DNA of 64,000 nt from Dehalococcoidia bacterium (GTDB lineage Bacteria; Chloroflexota; Dehalococcoidia; Lucifugimonadales; UBA3495): NCBI GenBank assembly GCA_965204805.1, contig OZ242013.1, positions 4,589,232 to 4,653,231 on the forward strand, in the 5' to 3' direction. The position numbers were made by a program, and so were the translations under genes. Shown piece by piece: positions 37,202-47,305 of the stretch (positions are counted from its first letter, which is position 1; each line of letters starts with the position of its first letter). The notes beneath the pieces were generated by a model. The model made no database searches. It saw only the letters and a list, made by a program, of their open reading frames with translations, and was not told the DNA's origin.

Positions 37202-38668
37202 ATGCCAACTGACCTGGACAAGCTGAATATCCAAACCATACGAGAGGACATCGGCAGGTATCGGAATCTGTTCCACCACAGGTCGGTCATTCTTGAGGGG
37301 ATCAGAAAAGTCGTTCATCGCAACATGGCCCACATCACAGATACCATCACACTTCTGGAAGAGTCCGGCATAAGCAGAGATAACCCCGATTGGGCGAAGC
37401 GGATCCAAAGCAAGATGCTGGCTGACCAGGGGGAGGAGGATGACGAAGCCAACAGGCACCTATTATGGTTTGCCACGTATTACTCGATGCAGGTGTACTT
37501 GGCCCTTCTCTATGCCGAGGTTGAGTTCTACCAAAAACAGTGCCGCCTATCGGCGGTCGCCTCTGACTCGGGCCTGGACTCCTTCTTGGACACCGTACCG
37601 GATTTTACGGAAGCGCTTCATAGGGTCCGCGATGTATTCCTCCACCCTCTGAAGGGCCACATGATAACCATACAAGGATTTGGAGATGCCTCAAAGTCAT
37701 TCAGTCTTGCATACCAATTGCAGGACGAACTGGACAAGTACCTAATCCGACTCCAGGAACAACTAGCTAACCGGGCGAAATGGCTGCTGCAACAGTTGCC
37801 AATTGACCAGAGATCCCTCGTCCTGTTGGGGTACGCTCGGAGGAACAGCACCAGAATGGCCAGCTACGGGGACAAAGAGGGGCTGGCGGGTCTGGAGGAG
37901 ATGACCGGGGCGATGTTGGAATTGATGGAACGACCCGGCGTTGAATCTGACGCACCGTGGGCTTTTTCGTCCACGCAGAGAAAAACTGCCGGAATTCTAT
38001 CAAGCTGCTTGAATGACCTTTACCCGGCAACCAGCGAAGGCCGGTCTACCCCGCTCCCACCGGTACAGACGCGAATGGCTTGGGGATTCTTGTCTGAATC
38101 CGTAGGAGGGAGACGCCGGTCCCACTTCGGAGAGAGCAGGATTGGCAAGCGCGTGAACCAGCTGCTCCCGTCTATCTCCAACGTTATATTGGCCTCCAGT
38201 GTGCTGATGAATGAGTTTTACACGATATTTGGCGAATTCAGCCACGAATACCTGGCCGAATTCTTCGGGGATGGACACGACGAAGCGACTTGGCACGCCT
38301 TCGTCCAGAAGCATGGCGTCTACGACAGGTGGCTGCAGTTTCATATGGAATTGATCTCGTTATCCCTCGTGGGTTTGGCCCTGGCGCACGAGCCGCTGAG
38401 GATATATTGTAGTATAAGGAAAGAGCGTCCCGACATTTTTGAACCGAGACTGGACGGGCTGGTGGAGAGGGGGTGGTTGCAGAGGATCGGGGCCTTTCGG
38501 AATTCGGTGTTCCATATTGCGGATCCGCTCCGGAATCCGCCGGATCTTGGTTCTGAGGGAATACACGCGATGATCGCGGACCCCTATGGGAGGGCAAACC
38601 TCCATTGGGGACTTGCATCATTCTTTTCTCCAACGCCTCCTCTTGAGGACCTCGATTCCTTCGCCTAG
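37202..38668 (+). CDS. Hypothetical protein (488 aa), no motif recognised
   Basis: Long ORF in a lower-GC segment with plausible codon usage and mostly helical-looking composition. No catalytic or binding motif that I can name. Confidence 0.6.
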   Translation: MPTDLDKLNIQTIREDIGRYRNLFHHRSVILEGIRKVVHRNMAHITDTITLLEESGISRDNPDWAKRIQSKMLADQGEEDDEANRHLLWFATYYSMQVYLALLYAEVEFYQKQCRLSAVASDSGLDSFLDTVPDFTEALHRVRDVFLHPLKGHMITIQGFGDASKSFSLAYQLQDELDKYLIRLQEQLANRAKWLLQQLPIDQRSLVLLGYARRNSTRMASYGDKEGLAGLEEMTGAMLELMERPGVESDAPWAFSSTQRKTAGILSSCLNDLYPATSEGRSTPLPPVQTRMAWGFLSESVGGRRRSHFGESRIGKRVNQLLPSISNVILASSVLMNEFYTIFGEFSHEYLAEFFGDGHDEATWHAFVQKHGVYDRWLQFHMELISLSLVGLALAHEPLRIYCSIRKERPDIFEPRLDGLVERGWLQRIGAFRNSVFHIADPLRNPPDLGSEGIHAMIADPYGRANLHWGLASFFSPTPPLEDLDSFA

Positions 38669-39380
38669 CTCTTGGGGAGATTATGCCCAGCAGCGGCTTG
38701 GTTCCACGAAGCGGGGCATAGAACGGAGCGGGATGCCGACGCTGATATGTGTCTGGTGTTGTGCTTGGCCATCATCCCACCTTGTCTTCACAAGCCCGGT
38801 GTGAAAGTCAATCGTTAGCTCACGTTTGGCCAAGGCATCCTTCCCACAACTATCAAGAAAGGCCATCTGCCCGTGAAAAAGTTCGCTCCTGTCGCCCGTG
38901 CGGTAGTAACTCCTCCACGGTGAGCTTAATTTCAGGCTGCTCACCAATACCGCTGGCCGTGCCCGGTTCCGTCGACCCGCTTTTTGGCAATTTCTTCTCC
39001 CTGGCGTAGTCCACGTCGATGGGGTTGACCTATCTTGGCACGGGAGAGCGCTGGATGCCGATTACAGACCACGTACTGGATTCCCTGATCGAACGGGGTC
39101 AAGAGACGGGGAAGGCCATAAATGACTGTAAGGCGCCGGGAGGCGTCTAGTTAGTGTTGTGTCACAGTTACAATTGGAAGCACCTTTCAGGGTGTAAGAG
39201 GCGGCGCCAAGGCGTCCCAGGAGGGAGGACTGACTGGACGCGGCGGCCCAATGTCATGGCGAAGCCAGGTGTTCTGATCCGGCGCATCCTGCGCAAGCGC
39301 GCTTATCCGCCCGATAAGCAAGAGAAGGCAACACAGACAGTGTTGGAACAGGCGGGGGTGCTGTCGGAAGGGTGGAGCTG

Positions 39381-40571
39381 ATGGGGAAAGGATGGGCTAC
39401 GTTGCTGCACCGCTTTCGCAATTGCCGCCGCGGGATTTTACCCGGCGTTTTTTGTGGCGGCATCGCGGTGGTGATTGTGCTCTCGGTGGTGTTCTGGGAG
39501 TGGTTGAACGACGGGGAATCAGGCAGCACGACAATTCGAAACGTTGCCCTGGTCGTGGCGGGCGCGATGGCGCTGGCAATTGCGTTATGGCGGAGCCGTG
39601 TGGCGGACCGCCAGGCGAACACAGCTCAGCAGAGCCTGCTGAACGAACGTTACCAGAAAGGAGCCGAGATGCTCGGCAGCGAAGTCCTTTCCGTGCGGTT
39701 GGGTGGGGTATACGCGCTGCAAAGTCTGGCTCAAGAGCATCCCGAGCAGTACCATGTCCAAATTATGCGCCTGTTCTGCGCTTTCGTTCGTTATCCCACC
39801 AGGGACCCCAGCCTCAAACCGGAACGGGAGGGAAATCAGAAAGGCGATTTACTGGGAATTCGTCAGGACGTGGAAGCCGTCATTCAAGCTATTGGTTCTC
39901 GTCCCAAGTCGCGGATTGCTCTTGAGAGGAATGCCAGCTTCAGGTTGGACTTGCGTGGCGCCGATCTTCATGGAGCTCAGTTGCTGGACGCCGACTTTTC
40001 CAACGCCATGCTCCATCACTCGAACCTGTCCGGTGTTAATTTTGCGAACACAGATCTTACGGACTCTTTCCTATCCTACTCTGACCTGTCTCAGGCCCAA
40101 TTCCATGACGTAAACTTCACCAGAGCCCGCCTGTGGTTCGCCGACCTGTCCGGGGCAATGCTCCAGGACGCGGACTTGCCGGGGGTGGATTTCTCAAACG
40201 CCAGACTGCACGGTACAAATCTCGGCAGAGCAAACCTATCCGGGGCGAATTTTCAGTACGCCACCGCCACCAAAGCGTGGTTTGAATCGGCAAACCTGTC
40301 TCGCGCAACCTTCTTGAGGGCAGACTTGTCCGGCGCAAGGCTGATGAAGGCGGGCTTGACTGACGCGGATTTCCTGGACGCCAACTTGAATGAAGCGAAT
40401 ATTTCCGGCGCCAACCTCTCGGGTGTAAGGTTTTCCAATGGCGGCATTCAACCAGCCAAGGGGTTGACCCAGGCCCAACTTGATGAGGCCCAGCAGGATT
40501 CGAACGATCCGCCCAAGCTGACCAAAGTTCTTGACGCTGGAAGCGGCCGGCAACTGGTCTGGTCCGGATGA
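39381..40571 (+). CDS. Membrane-anchored pentapeptide-repeat protein
   Basis: Two N-terminal hydrophobic segments (GILPGVFCGGIAVVIVLSVVFW; NVALVVAGAMALAIALW). The C-terminal half is continuous A(D/N)LxG-type pentapeptide repeats (LRGADLHGAQLLDADFSNAMLHHSNLSGVNFANTDLTDSFLSYSDLSQAQF...). The ORF track starts at GTG 39372; ATG 39381 is preferred. Confidence 0.8.
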   Translation: MGKGWATLLHRFRNCRRGILPGVFCGGIAVVIVLSVVFWEWLNDGESGSTTIRNVALVVAGAMALAIALWRSRVADRQANTAQQSLLNERYQKGAEMLGSEVLSVRLGGVYALQSLAQEHPEQYHVQIMRLFCAFVRYPTRDPSLKPEREGNQKGDLLGIRQDVEAVIQAIGSRPKSRIALERNASFRLDLRGADLHGAQLLDADFSNAMLHHSNLSGVNFANTDLTDSFLSYSDLSQAQFHDVNFTRARLWFADLSGAMLQDADLPGVDFSNARLHGTNLGRANLSGANFQYATATKAWFESANLSRATFLRADLSGARLMKAGLTDADFLDANLNEANISGANLSGVRFSNGGIQPAKGLTQAQLDEAQQDSNDPPKLTKVLDAGSGRQLVWSG

Positions 40572-40631
40572 GGGAAAGAAGACGTGGCGTAACTTTACTA
40601 CTTTGGCGGAGCGACCAAGCGTGAGGGCCAG

Positions 40632-41291
40632 ATGATTGATGAGTGCAGGGCATTAACCGATGAAACCGTCGACAGTTTCTCCGGGCTGGAATTCCACGAA
40701 CTAGAGGGTGATTGGGCACCTCTGTCAATCTCATGTCTGAGTGAAGGCCACCGCAGGCTGGTCTCAATTCGACGGTTGGCCGATGAAGATCTGGATAGTT
40801 CCCTTATCCTCATGAGGTCGCTGTTCGAGTTGGCGGTAACGGTCAATTACATCGCCAGGGATCCTGATGTCAGAATATCCACTTTCAAGCAGAATCTGCC
40901 TTCACCAGATGAGGCAATGGATGCCGAACCCGTGGACAACGGTTACATCAGCCGGTCACTGCCTAGATTGAAAGCCATATGCAGTGACCTCGGCAGTTGG
41001 GCGGAGAACTACTACAACTCGGGTTTCTACAGTTACACCAGCGACGCAACCCATTCGGGTGCGTGGACTATTTACAGGAATCTTGGCCGATTGAGATATC
41101 AAGTACCTCCCGATGATGTGGATCAATGCCGTGTGCTTGCAACCTCAGCCGACTTGTTTTTATACATCGCGAGGCCCGCATTAGTATTCTACTCGGACCA
41201 TTCCCTGCTGGGAGAGTGGGAGAGGCTCAACAGCAAATGGGGAAGATTGTGGAGCCAACTGAGTGAGAGGTTGGTCGAAGACGCTTCATGA
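40632..41291 (+). CDS. Hypothetical protein (219 aa)
   Basis: ORF in the same lower-GC segment, directly after the pentapeptide gene. No motif recognised. Confidence 0.5.
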   Translation: MIDECRALTDETVDSFSGLEFHELEGDWAPLSISCLSEGHRRLVSIRRLADEDLDSSLILMRSLFELAVTVNYIARDPDVRISTFKQNLPSPDEAMDAEPVDNGYISRSLPRLKAICSDLGSWAENYYNSGFYSYTSDATHSGAWTIYRNLGRLRYQVPPDDVDQCRVLATSADLFLYIARPALVFYSDHSLLGEWERLNSKWGRLWSQLSERLVEDAS

Positions 41292-41874
41292 AGGCCGCAC
41301 TGGTAGGCTCAGAACCTTAATTCCGGGGTTAAGTGGTATTGGACACCCGCACTTGTTTTGGCTAAACTCGGCGGTGTAGTCGGCTGGTGGCTTACAAAGA
41401 AACCTCCCACCGAAAAGTTCGCAATTCGGTACGCCCAGGCCCACTTAGAGAGTTTCGAACGCGGCCTCGTTAAGTATTGCCCCCTCCCGCCGGATCAAGA
41501 TCCACAGCCCAGGAATAGCGAAGCTTTTCGTGTTGATTGGAAAACTGATGAGTTGTCCGCTGGATAAAGGGCGTTCCGTGACCGGCGCCAGCGGGAGTGT
41601 GTTGGCCTCCAGAAAATGCTATGTCTCCAATTCATGAGGACTTGCGGTCGCTGATTCGTCTTGCGCCGAAACAATCGGCGAATCCAGCGAGGCCGAAGGG
41701 CGAGGTGATCAGCCTCCTCTTCCGGATATGCGGTTTCGAGGGGCGCCAGGGCAGACATGTCCAGCTTGGGCCTGTTCATGCTGGAGTCGTCCTTGCGCCG
41801 CGCGATTACGCAGGGGAATTCCTTGTACTCTTGGATTGCTGCATATGCCTTTGAAGAGACATCACGGCTACGAG

Positions 41875-43287
41875 TCAGCTTTTCCCGTTCCCCGTTCCAC
41901 CGGTTGGTGAGAACGGATACGGTGAACCAGGCTCTGAACCTCCGGTGCCCGCGTTGCTGGGTAGAAAGACGCTCATTACGGTTCCGCCTCCAGGCTCCGA
42001 CTCGGCTTCAATGGTGCCGCCGTGTTCCCGGACGATGTCCCAGACCAGGCTGAGCCCAAGCCCCGTATTCCGGCCCGTGTTCCATGTGGTGAAGAAGGGG
42101 TTGAACATCCTGGACTTGGTATCCTCGGTCATCCCTACGCCGTTGTCCCGGACCTGTATGCTTACGCCATTCTCCTTTCTCTCCGAAACCACCGTAAGTT
42201 GTGGTTGATAGCCGTCGCCGGTCCCGCGCCGCCTTTCGGCCATGGCCTGACAGGCGTTCATCACCAGGTTGACGGTCATCCGGGCCAGATCCTCAGGCAC
42301 GGCGACCACTTCCCCAACTTCGGGGTCGAGCTGCGTGGTGATCTCCACGCCGAACCCCGGCTCGTATGCCTCCGTCGCCTGCCTGCCGAGGTTCGTCTGC
42401 TCCTCCAGCAGGCGGTTCAAATCCACGGCGCGGAACCCGCCGCCGGTGCCCCGGTCGTAGACCATCATGGCCGACGCAATGCTTCTCAGCCTCCCGCTGT
42501 GGTGTTCCACCCGGTCCAAATTGCCGGTGATGTCCTGTACCAGGTCTCGGGCTCCCTCCCGGTCAACCTCTCCAGGTTGTTCCAGCAATTCGAGAAGCTC
42601 CGAGGCAAGTTCTTTTGAGATTCTTGTGAAATTGGTGATAAATTGCAATGGGTTTCGCATCTCATGGGCCACGCCCGAGGACAGTTCGCCAAGCTCGGCT
42701 AGCTTCTGCTGGCTGATGATCCGGTCCTGGCTTTCGTGCAGATCCCCCAGAGCCCGCTCCAGTTCCCCGTTCCTCTCTTGGAGTTGATCCGAGAGCTGCG
42801 TTACGAGGTCAAGTTGCATGGCCTTGATGCAGTTCTGGCGCAAGGTCTCGAGGGCCAAGCAGGCCTTGGAGACCTCATCGTTGCCCCAGGGCTCTATCCG
42901 GTACTCGAAATCTCCCATGCCCAGACGCCGTATCCACACCTCCACCGCTATGGTCCGCAGACCAATCCTGACCACGAGCGCCGTTTTCAGAAGCACTACC
43001 AACAGGACGGCCGCTGACAGTGCAAGAAGCAGGGTGTCGCCCCGGAATGCTGCAAGCGCGGTCGTGGCGATCAGCAGGGTATTGGTCAGGGCGATCAGCA
43101 GGAAGTGTTGCACCGAATAGCGGCGGATGTTGAACCGGGACATCCCGAAGGGGTCGTTGGACCTCAGGCTGGTATCCGGCGCGGCGATCTGGTCGTTCAT
43201 AACTTCAACCTCCCACCCGGCGAATATGTCCTCTTCGCCATTGTATGCGCGGGGCGTGGTGTGTGCCACGCGCCGGACGCGCTCCAA
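41875..43287 (-). CDS. Membrane sensor histidine kinase (orphan, no adjacent response regulator)
   Basis: Two TM segments. H-box SSGVAHEMRNPLQFI. N box LVMNACQAM. G1 VRDNGVGM. G2 GLGLSLVWDIVREHGG. The start is uncertain: ATG 43287 or the internal MNDQ... Confidence 0.85.
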   Translation of the reverse strand: MERVRRVAHTTPRAYNGEEDIFAGWEVEVMNDQIAAPDTSLRSNDPFGMSRFNIRRYSVQHFLLIALTNTLLIATTALAAFRGDTLLLALSAAVLLVVLLKTALVVRIGLRTIAVEVWIRRLGMGDFEYRIEPWGNDEVSKACLALETLRQNCIKAMQLDLVTQLSDQLQERNGELERALGDLHESQDRIISQQKLAELGELSSGVAHEMRNPLQFITNFTRISKELASELLELLEQPGEVDREGARDLVQDITGNLDRVEHHSGRLRSIASAMMVYDRGTGGGFRAVDLNRLLEEQTNLGRQATEAYEPGFGVEITTQLDPEVGEVVAVPEDLARMTVNLVMNACQAMAERRRGTGDGYQPQLTVVSERKENGVSIQVRDNGVGMTEDTKSRMFNPFFTTWNTGRNTGLGLSLVWDIVREHGGTIEAESEPGGGTVMSVFLPSNAGTGGSEPGSPYPFSPTGGTGNGKS

Positions 43288-43788
43288 GGTGGCCTTCGCC
43301 AGAACAACGACCGCAGGCGACTATGAGGATAAGACCCAGAAGCAAAACAATTGCGCGCTACACATTCATCGGCAGTCTCGTTGGAAGAGCAGCCTGACGC
43401 CCACCCGTGCCAGCGCAACAGCCACCTAATCCGGGTCGCACACGTGGGAGCCCTACGCAGGTTCAGCAGGTTAGCAGTAGCTTCTCCGCCCCTATTGCTG
43501 CGCCTATCGCAGCCGACAGCAGCAGCCAACCGATAAGGCTCCAATCGTCGGGGCGGGCTTCCAGCTTAAGACGCGCCTCGCAAAGACTGTCATGCCCATT
43601 TTGCTTGGAATAAGTTCATCCGGCGTATTGATAGGGTCTAGTCCAGTTGCTAGTGGTCCACCACCAGTGAGTCAAGCCAACGGATGTGCTAGAAATTCCC
43701 AACGCCATGTATTCAAAAGCGTAGGTGCTACGGGCACATCAGTGGCAAATGGTTGATTTCTCAGGAAAGGACAAGTCTTTCTTGGACC

Positions 43789-44787
43789 CTAACGAATGCT
43801 GTAGGTGATTTGCAGCCCAACGGTTACCTCGACCTCGGGCTCGGCGTCGAAAGGAACAAGATTGGGGTAGGGAGACGATTCCTGAGCACCGCACCCATAA
43901 AGGCTCACCCCGGCTAGCCCGTACGCTGAGGCGGTGAGCGGGTACTCCAGGGCGCCGATGACCGTCCCTCGACTCACCTTCAGGGCTTTAGCTAAATCAT
44001 CGGCGGCCCTTTCCGCCCTTGGAATTGCCTCGCGGCGGGCCAAGGATAGAGCGCCTTCACAGTTTTCCTCAGACAGGCTGTATATGACTCCGTGAGATTC
44101 GTAGCGCCTAATCACCTGCTCCACGGCACCAAGAATTGGCTCCCTCTTTTCGTCCAATTCGTCGAACTCGACTTCCACGGAGACGCTTGATGGGCCGTAT
44201 ATTGCCAGGTTCTGGAATTCAACGGCTTCCTCCGGGACGCCAATATCGGCTAAATTCTCCCTGATCTCTTGGCGGTCCTCATCAGTCATTTGCTCGGGGC
44301 CCGATGGACCGTAGCGCTGCTCGGGTATCACAACCACGTAAGCCTCGTCAGCTGCCACAGTAACTGAGCCGATGGCTGAAACCGTCAGTCCACCTTCGGT
44401 GGGAACGGTTTGAGGCAGGGACGAACGGTGGGAACCGCCAGAAAGCCCTATAAGAACACTGGACGGCGCAGTGGACGACCTAGAGCTGATCAGTCTCAGG
44501 GAAGCGCCCCCAGATTCCAGGGTTACCGGAGGGACAGTTGGGGATGTAGCGGCTGTTGTGGTGGGGGCAGAAAGAGCAGTAGCTACGGGTGTGCTGGTCG
44601 GATTTTCGGTACGAGCAACAGGACTGACGGACGATGGGGTCGTCGCAGCCACGGTTTCAGTGGGCGCGACAACGGTTGGCGCCGAGGTTATGGGAGGCGC
44701 AGGGGTCTCCTGACCGCAGGCTACCAATACCGCAACCGCCATGGTCGCAGCAAGAACTGCCAACATCACCCGGGGTAGGCCATTCAT
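43789..44787 (-). CDS. SIMPL-domain (DUF541) lipoprotein
   Basis: Signal peptide plus lipobox (AVLVA|CGQE) and a Thr/Pro/Ala-rich linker. Then GLTVSAIGSVTVAADEAYVVV... through ...EVEVTVGLQITYSIR, the typical SIMPL start and end pattern. Confidence 0.7.
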   Translation of the reverse strand: MNGLPRVMLAVLAATMAVAVLVACGQETPAPPITSAPTVVAPTETVAATTPSSVSPVARTENPTSTPVATALSAPTTTAATSPTVPPVTLESGGASLRLISSRSSTAPSSVLIGLSGGSHRSSLPQTVPTEGGLTVSAIGSVTVAADEAYVVVIPEQRYGPSGPEQMTDEDRQEIRENLADIGVPEEAVEFQNLAIYGPSSVSVEVEFDELDEKREPILGAVEQVIRRYESHGVIYSLSEENCEGALSLARREAIPRAERAADDLAKALKVSRGTVIGALEYPLTASAYGLAGVSLYGCGAQESSPYPNLVPFDAEPEVEVTVGLQITYSIR

Positions 44788-44966
44788 CGCTCTCTCCTAA
44801 TCTGGGAAGTCTTCGCATATCTTGAGAATCCGCCTGGTATTCAGGCGCTATTGAAGTGCTGGGTATAGGGACTTCAGCATAATTCGTGCGTCTTGGGTGG
44901 TAAAACGCCAAGTGGCACGTACCGAGTCGCGGTTTCCCCGTCCTAGCCAGGTCTGGGTTTCGCGTT

Positions 44967-45218
44967 TCAGGACGTCCTCACTGGGAATCCGGCTCGGACG
45001 GGCCCAGCATAGGGCCGGGCGTGAAGCCTCCGGTGGTGTGCCGAGGTGGCGTACTGAAGCCTCTCGTTCAAGGCGCGGGAGATGCTGGGATGGTCGCGCT
45101 CCACAGCGTAGAGCAGCCTCACCAGAACTGACAAGGAGAGGGCGAGATTCTCAACGACAGGCAAGGCCCTTTCTGCGTATTCAGAGCCTACCAGTGGGAC
45201 GAGGATTCTCGTGTACAT
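44967..45218 (-). pseudogene. Universal stress protein (UspA-family) N-terminal fragment
   Basis: MYTRILVPLVGSEYAERALPVVENLALSL matches the canonical Usp N-terminus (ILVP.DGSE.AERAL). The remainder of the ORF loses similarity and no C-terminal ATP-binding G-2x-G-9x-G(S/T) motif is found. It is truncated or frameshifted. Confidence 0.45.
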
Positions 45219-45308
45219 GGAGCATCCCCTGGATTCCGGTTACTCCTATTCCAGTATCGCATATCGCAACCGGAAACGAAGGGAGTCAACGGGGATAGAA
45301 AGCTGGAT

Positions 45309-45635
45309 TCATGGTGAATGTTTGTTCCGTTTCGAAGCTCGGTCCGCCTCCCTGCGTTCCTTGACGTTCTCGACGATGTCGCTGAACACCCAAAACTCAT
45401 CTTCTGTCATGAAAGCCGCGAGTTGGTGAACAACGTCCTCGATCACCGTCGTAACTACGCCGCAGGCGCGGCATTCTCCGCACTTCTCGGAGTGGTCCTC
45501 GTTCCCCGAGGCCTTGTAAATGTCCGCAAAGGCCTTGTCATATCCTTCCTGGAAGGTGTACTTACAGCAATGCTTGGTCATGATCCTTACCCTCCCGAGG
45601 TCGGGTTGGCAATCTGGCCGACACCTCCTCCACAC
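45309..45635 (-). CDS. Small Cys-rich hypothetical protein
   Basis: 108-aa ORF; the likely start is the internal MTKHCCKY at ~45581. Contains CC..(x32)..CGECRACG, a possible metal-binding cluster. Low-GC segment. Confidence 0.4.
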   Translation of the reverse strand: MWRRCRPDCQPDLGRVRIMTKHCCKYTFQEGYDKAFADIYKASGNEDHSEKCGECRACGVVTTVIEDVVHQLAAFMTEDEFWVFSDIVENVKERREADRASKRNKHSP

Positions 45636-45720
45636 AATTTGCGCGTTGGAAAATACCCCTTGATGAGCCTGTTTGGCCTCATTGAATCACGGGCCGATTC
45701 TACTCGCAATGAGGGCGGGC

Positions 45721-46217
45721 TTATGCTGGCTGGGCCGCGGGTTGCGCGTCGCCGGGCCCCTCGTCGTTGAGCAAGTCTACGTCGGCGTAAAGGTCGTTCT
45801 TGCCGGTGAGCCGGTCCCAGGTGAGCCGCTTGCCGGTGAGGTTATGAACCGTTTGCCCGATGGTTCGCGGGCCGTTACCCCGCCCAGAGTTCAACCTGTA
45901 CGGAAATTCGTTAACGCAGCGGAAGACGATCACCGTCCCCGCTTGCTCGCGGAACTGCGCGATGGCTGCGGCGGCGTCCTCCAAGCCGTGGTGCAGCGAG
46001 CGTGGAACAGGGCCGATGGCGATGTCCAGCCCACCGGCCAGCACACCAGCCGCGAAGGCTTGTCGTGGTCGCTGTCAGCCTCGCCGCCCGCCGATGACGG
46101 CTTGACGTAGGCAGAGGACCGCCCGGCGTCGCGCACGCACGCCAGCAGCTCGGCGGCAACGCTGGGCTTGCCGGAGCGAGCAGGGCCGGTAATGAGGATG
46201 GTGGGTATGCTACCCAA
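45721..46217 (-). pseudogene. P-loop NTPase/kinase-like gene disrupted by a frameshift
   Basis: ORF 45930-46217 begins MGSIPTILITGPARSGKPSVAAELL (Walker A). A sensible sequence continues in another frame (ORF 45721-46044: ..AFAAGVLAGGLDIAIGPVPRSLHHGLEDAAAAIAQFREQAGTVIVF..). The frame switch lies around 46040-46055. Confidence 0.55.
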
Positions 46218-46221
46218 GTTC

Positions 46222-46893
46222 TCAAAATTCCCAAAGATTGCGAAATAATTCTAACCGAGCCCGAAGTAGTGCTTTGTGCCTCGGAGCAGGTGATATAAGA
46301 AAGGAGCGTGACCCCCATTGACATGTCCATATGGGCCGATTGAGTAATTCCCCAAGATCCAAAACGCGTCGAAGTTCTCCTAGCGTACTATTAGAAGGGT
46401 GCTGACAAACCACTAAGCTCCTATCTCCCACGTTGCCGTTTGCAAAAGCTTGAAGATCTTCCTCATAAGCGTGGTCTCGACTCCCCGCGCCTATCCCAGT
46501 GTTGGGATCCAAAAACACTAGTTCGGCGTCTGTTATCCGATTCAAAGCATTGATACGCCAATCATCGCGATTTCCGATTCGAGGAATTAAATCCCAAAAG
46601 AATTCACATTGATCGGGGAAAATATCAGCATCTTGGATTTCTCGAACCGTACGCCTGTTGAGGTGAATAATTCTCGTTAACTCGTTGAATAAAGGAGGAT
46701 CATAATAGAACAAAGGAGCCGGGATATTCAGATAACCGATTTCTCCACCGCCTCCCCTTCTGTCCTCAGTGAAATACCACACGACTCCCAAATGTAAAGG
46801 GGGGTCCATCTGAGGACCAGTTTTGCCACATAGAAATCGCAACAGCCCGTACTTGCAGAAATCCCCGATGTCTCCAACATATTGATCCTGCAT
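46222..46893 (-). CDS. Hypothetical protein (223 aa)
   Basis: ORF in a low-GC segment. N-terminal MQDQYVGDIGDFCKYGLLRFL and a central LVFLDPNTGI. I cannot place the family with confidence. Confidence 0.55.
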   Translation of the reverse strand: MQDQYVGDIGDFCKYGLLRFLCGKTGPQMDPPLHLGVVWYFTEDRRGGGGEIGYLNIPAPLFYYDPPLFNELTRIIHLNRRTVREIQDADIFPDQCEFFWDLIPRIGNRDDWRINALNRITDAELVFLDPNTGIGAGSRDHAYEEDLQAFANGNVGDRSLVVCQHPSNSTLGELRRVLDLGELLNRPIWTCQWGSRSFLISPAPRHKALLRARLELFRNLWEF

Positions 46894-47305
46894 AGCTCAT
46901 CCTGTTGAAGCCTACCCTACACACCCACATCCAAAACTCGATGCTGTGGGGGTCGAAGCCCTTGGGTGAGGTGGTGGCATTGTCCCACCCGGCAAGGTCG
47001 AACTCAACTCGGTGGAGGCTGGCTTGGTCGAAGATTGCGCCGGTCATGTTGGCGGCAATTTAAATGGGGTCGCGGGAGAAGGAGCGTGTTGGATTCGGGA
47101 CCCCGGCCGGTGCCGGTCTTGCTGCTGGGGAATTTCTCCCAATCGGCGGCCCGAAAACTCACGTTCTGGGCACCTTCGCAATCCAGTTTCCAGAATGATT
47201 GCTTGGCGACTGCCTCCTTTACCAGGAGATTGGTTTCTCTAGCCCATATCCACCGAGGGGCGGCATTTGGGCTAAGATGGACGGGCCGACCGAACTCAAC
47301 TCCCG

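Noticed and set aside
43290-43788. Intergenic stretch between the orphan kinase and the SIMPL lipoprotein, and the small ORFs at 41358-41567 and 41495-41779.
   Set aside because: The ORFs are short, overlap one another and lack RBS or motif support. No repeats or structured elements were evident.
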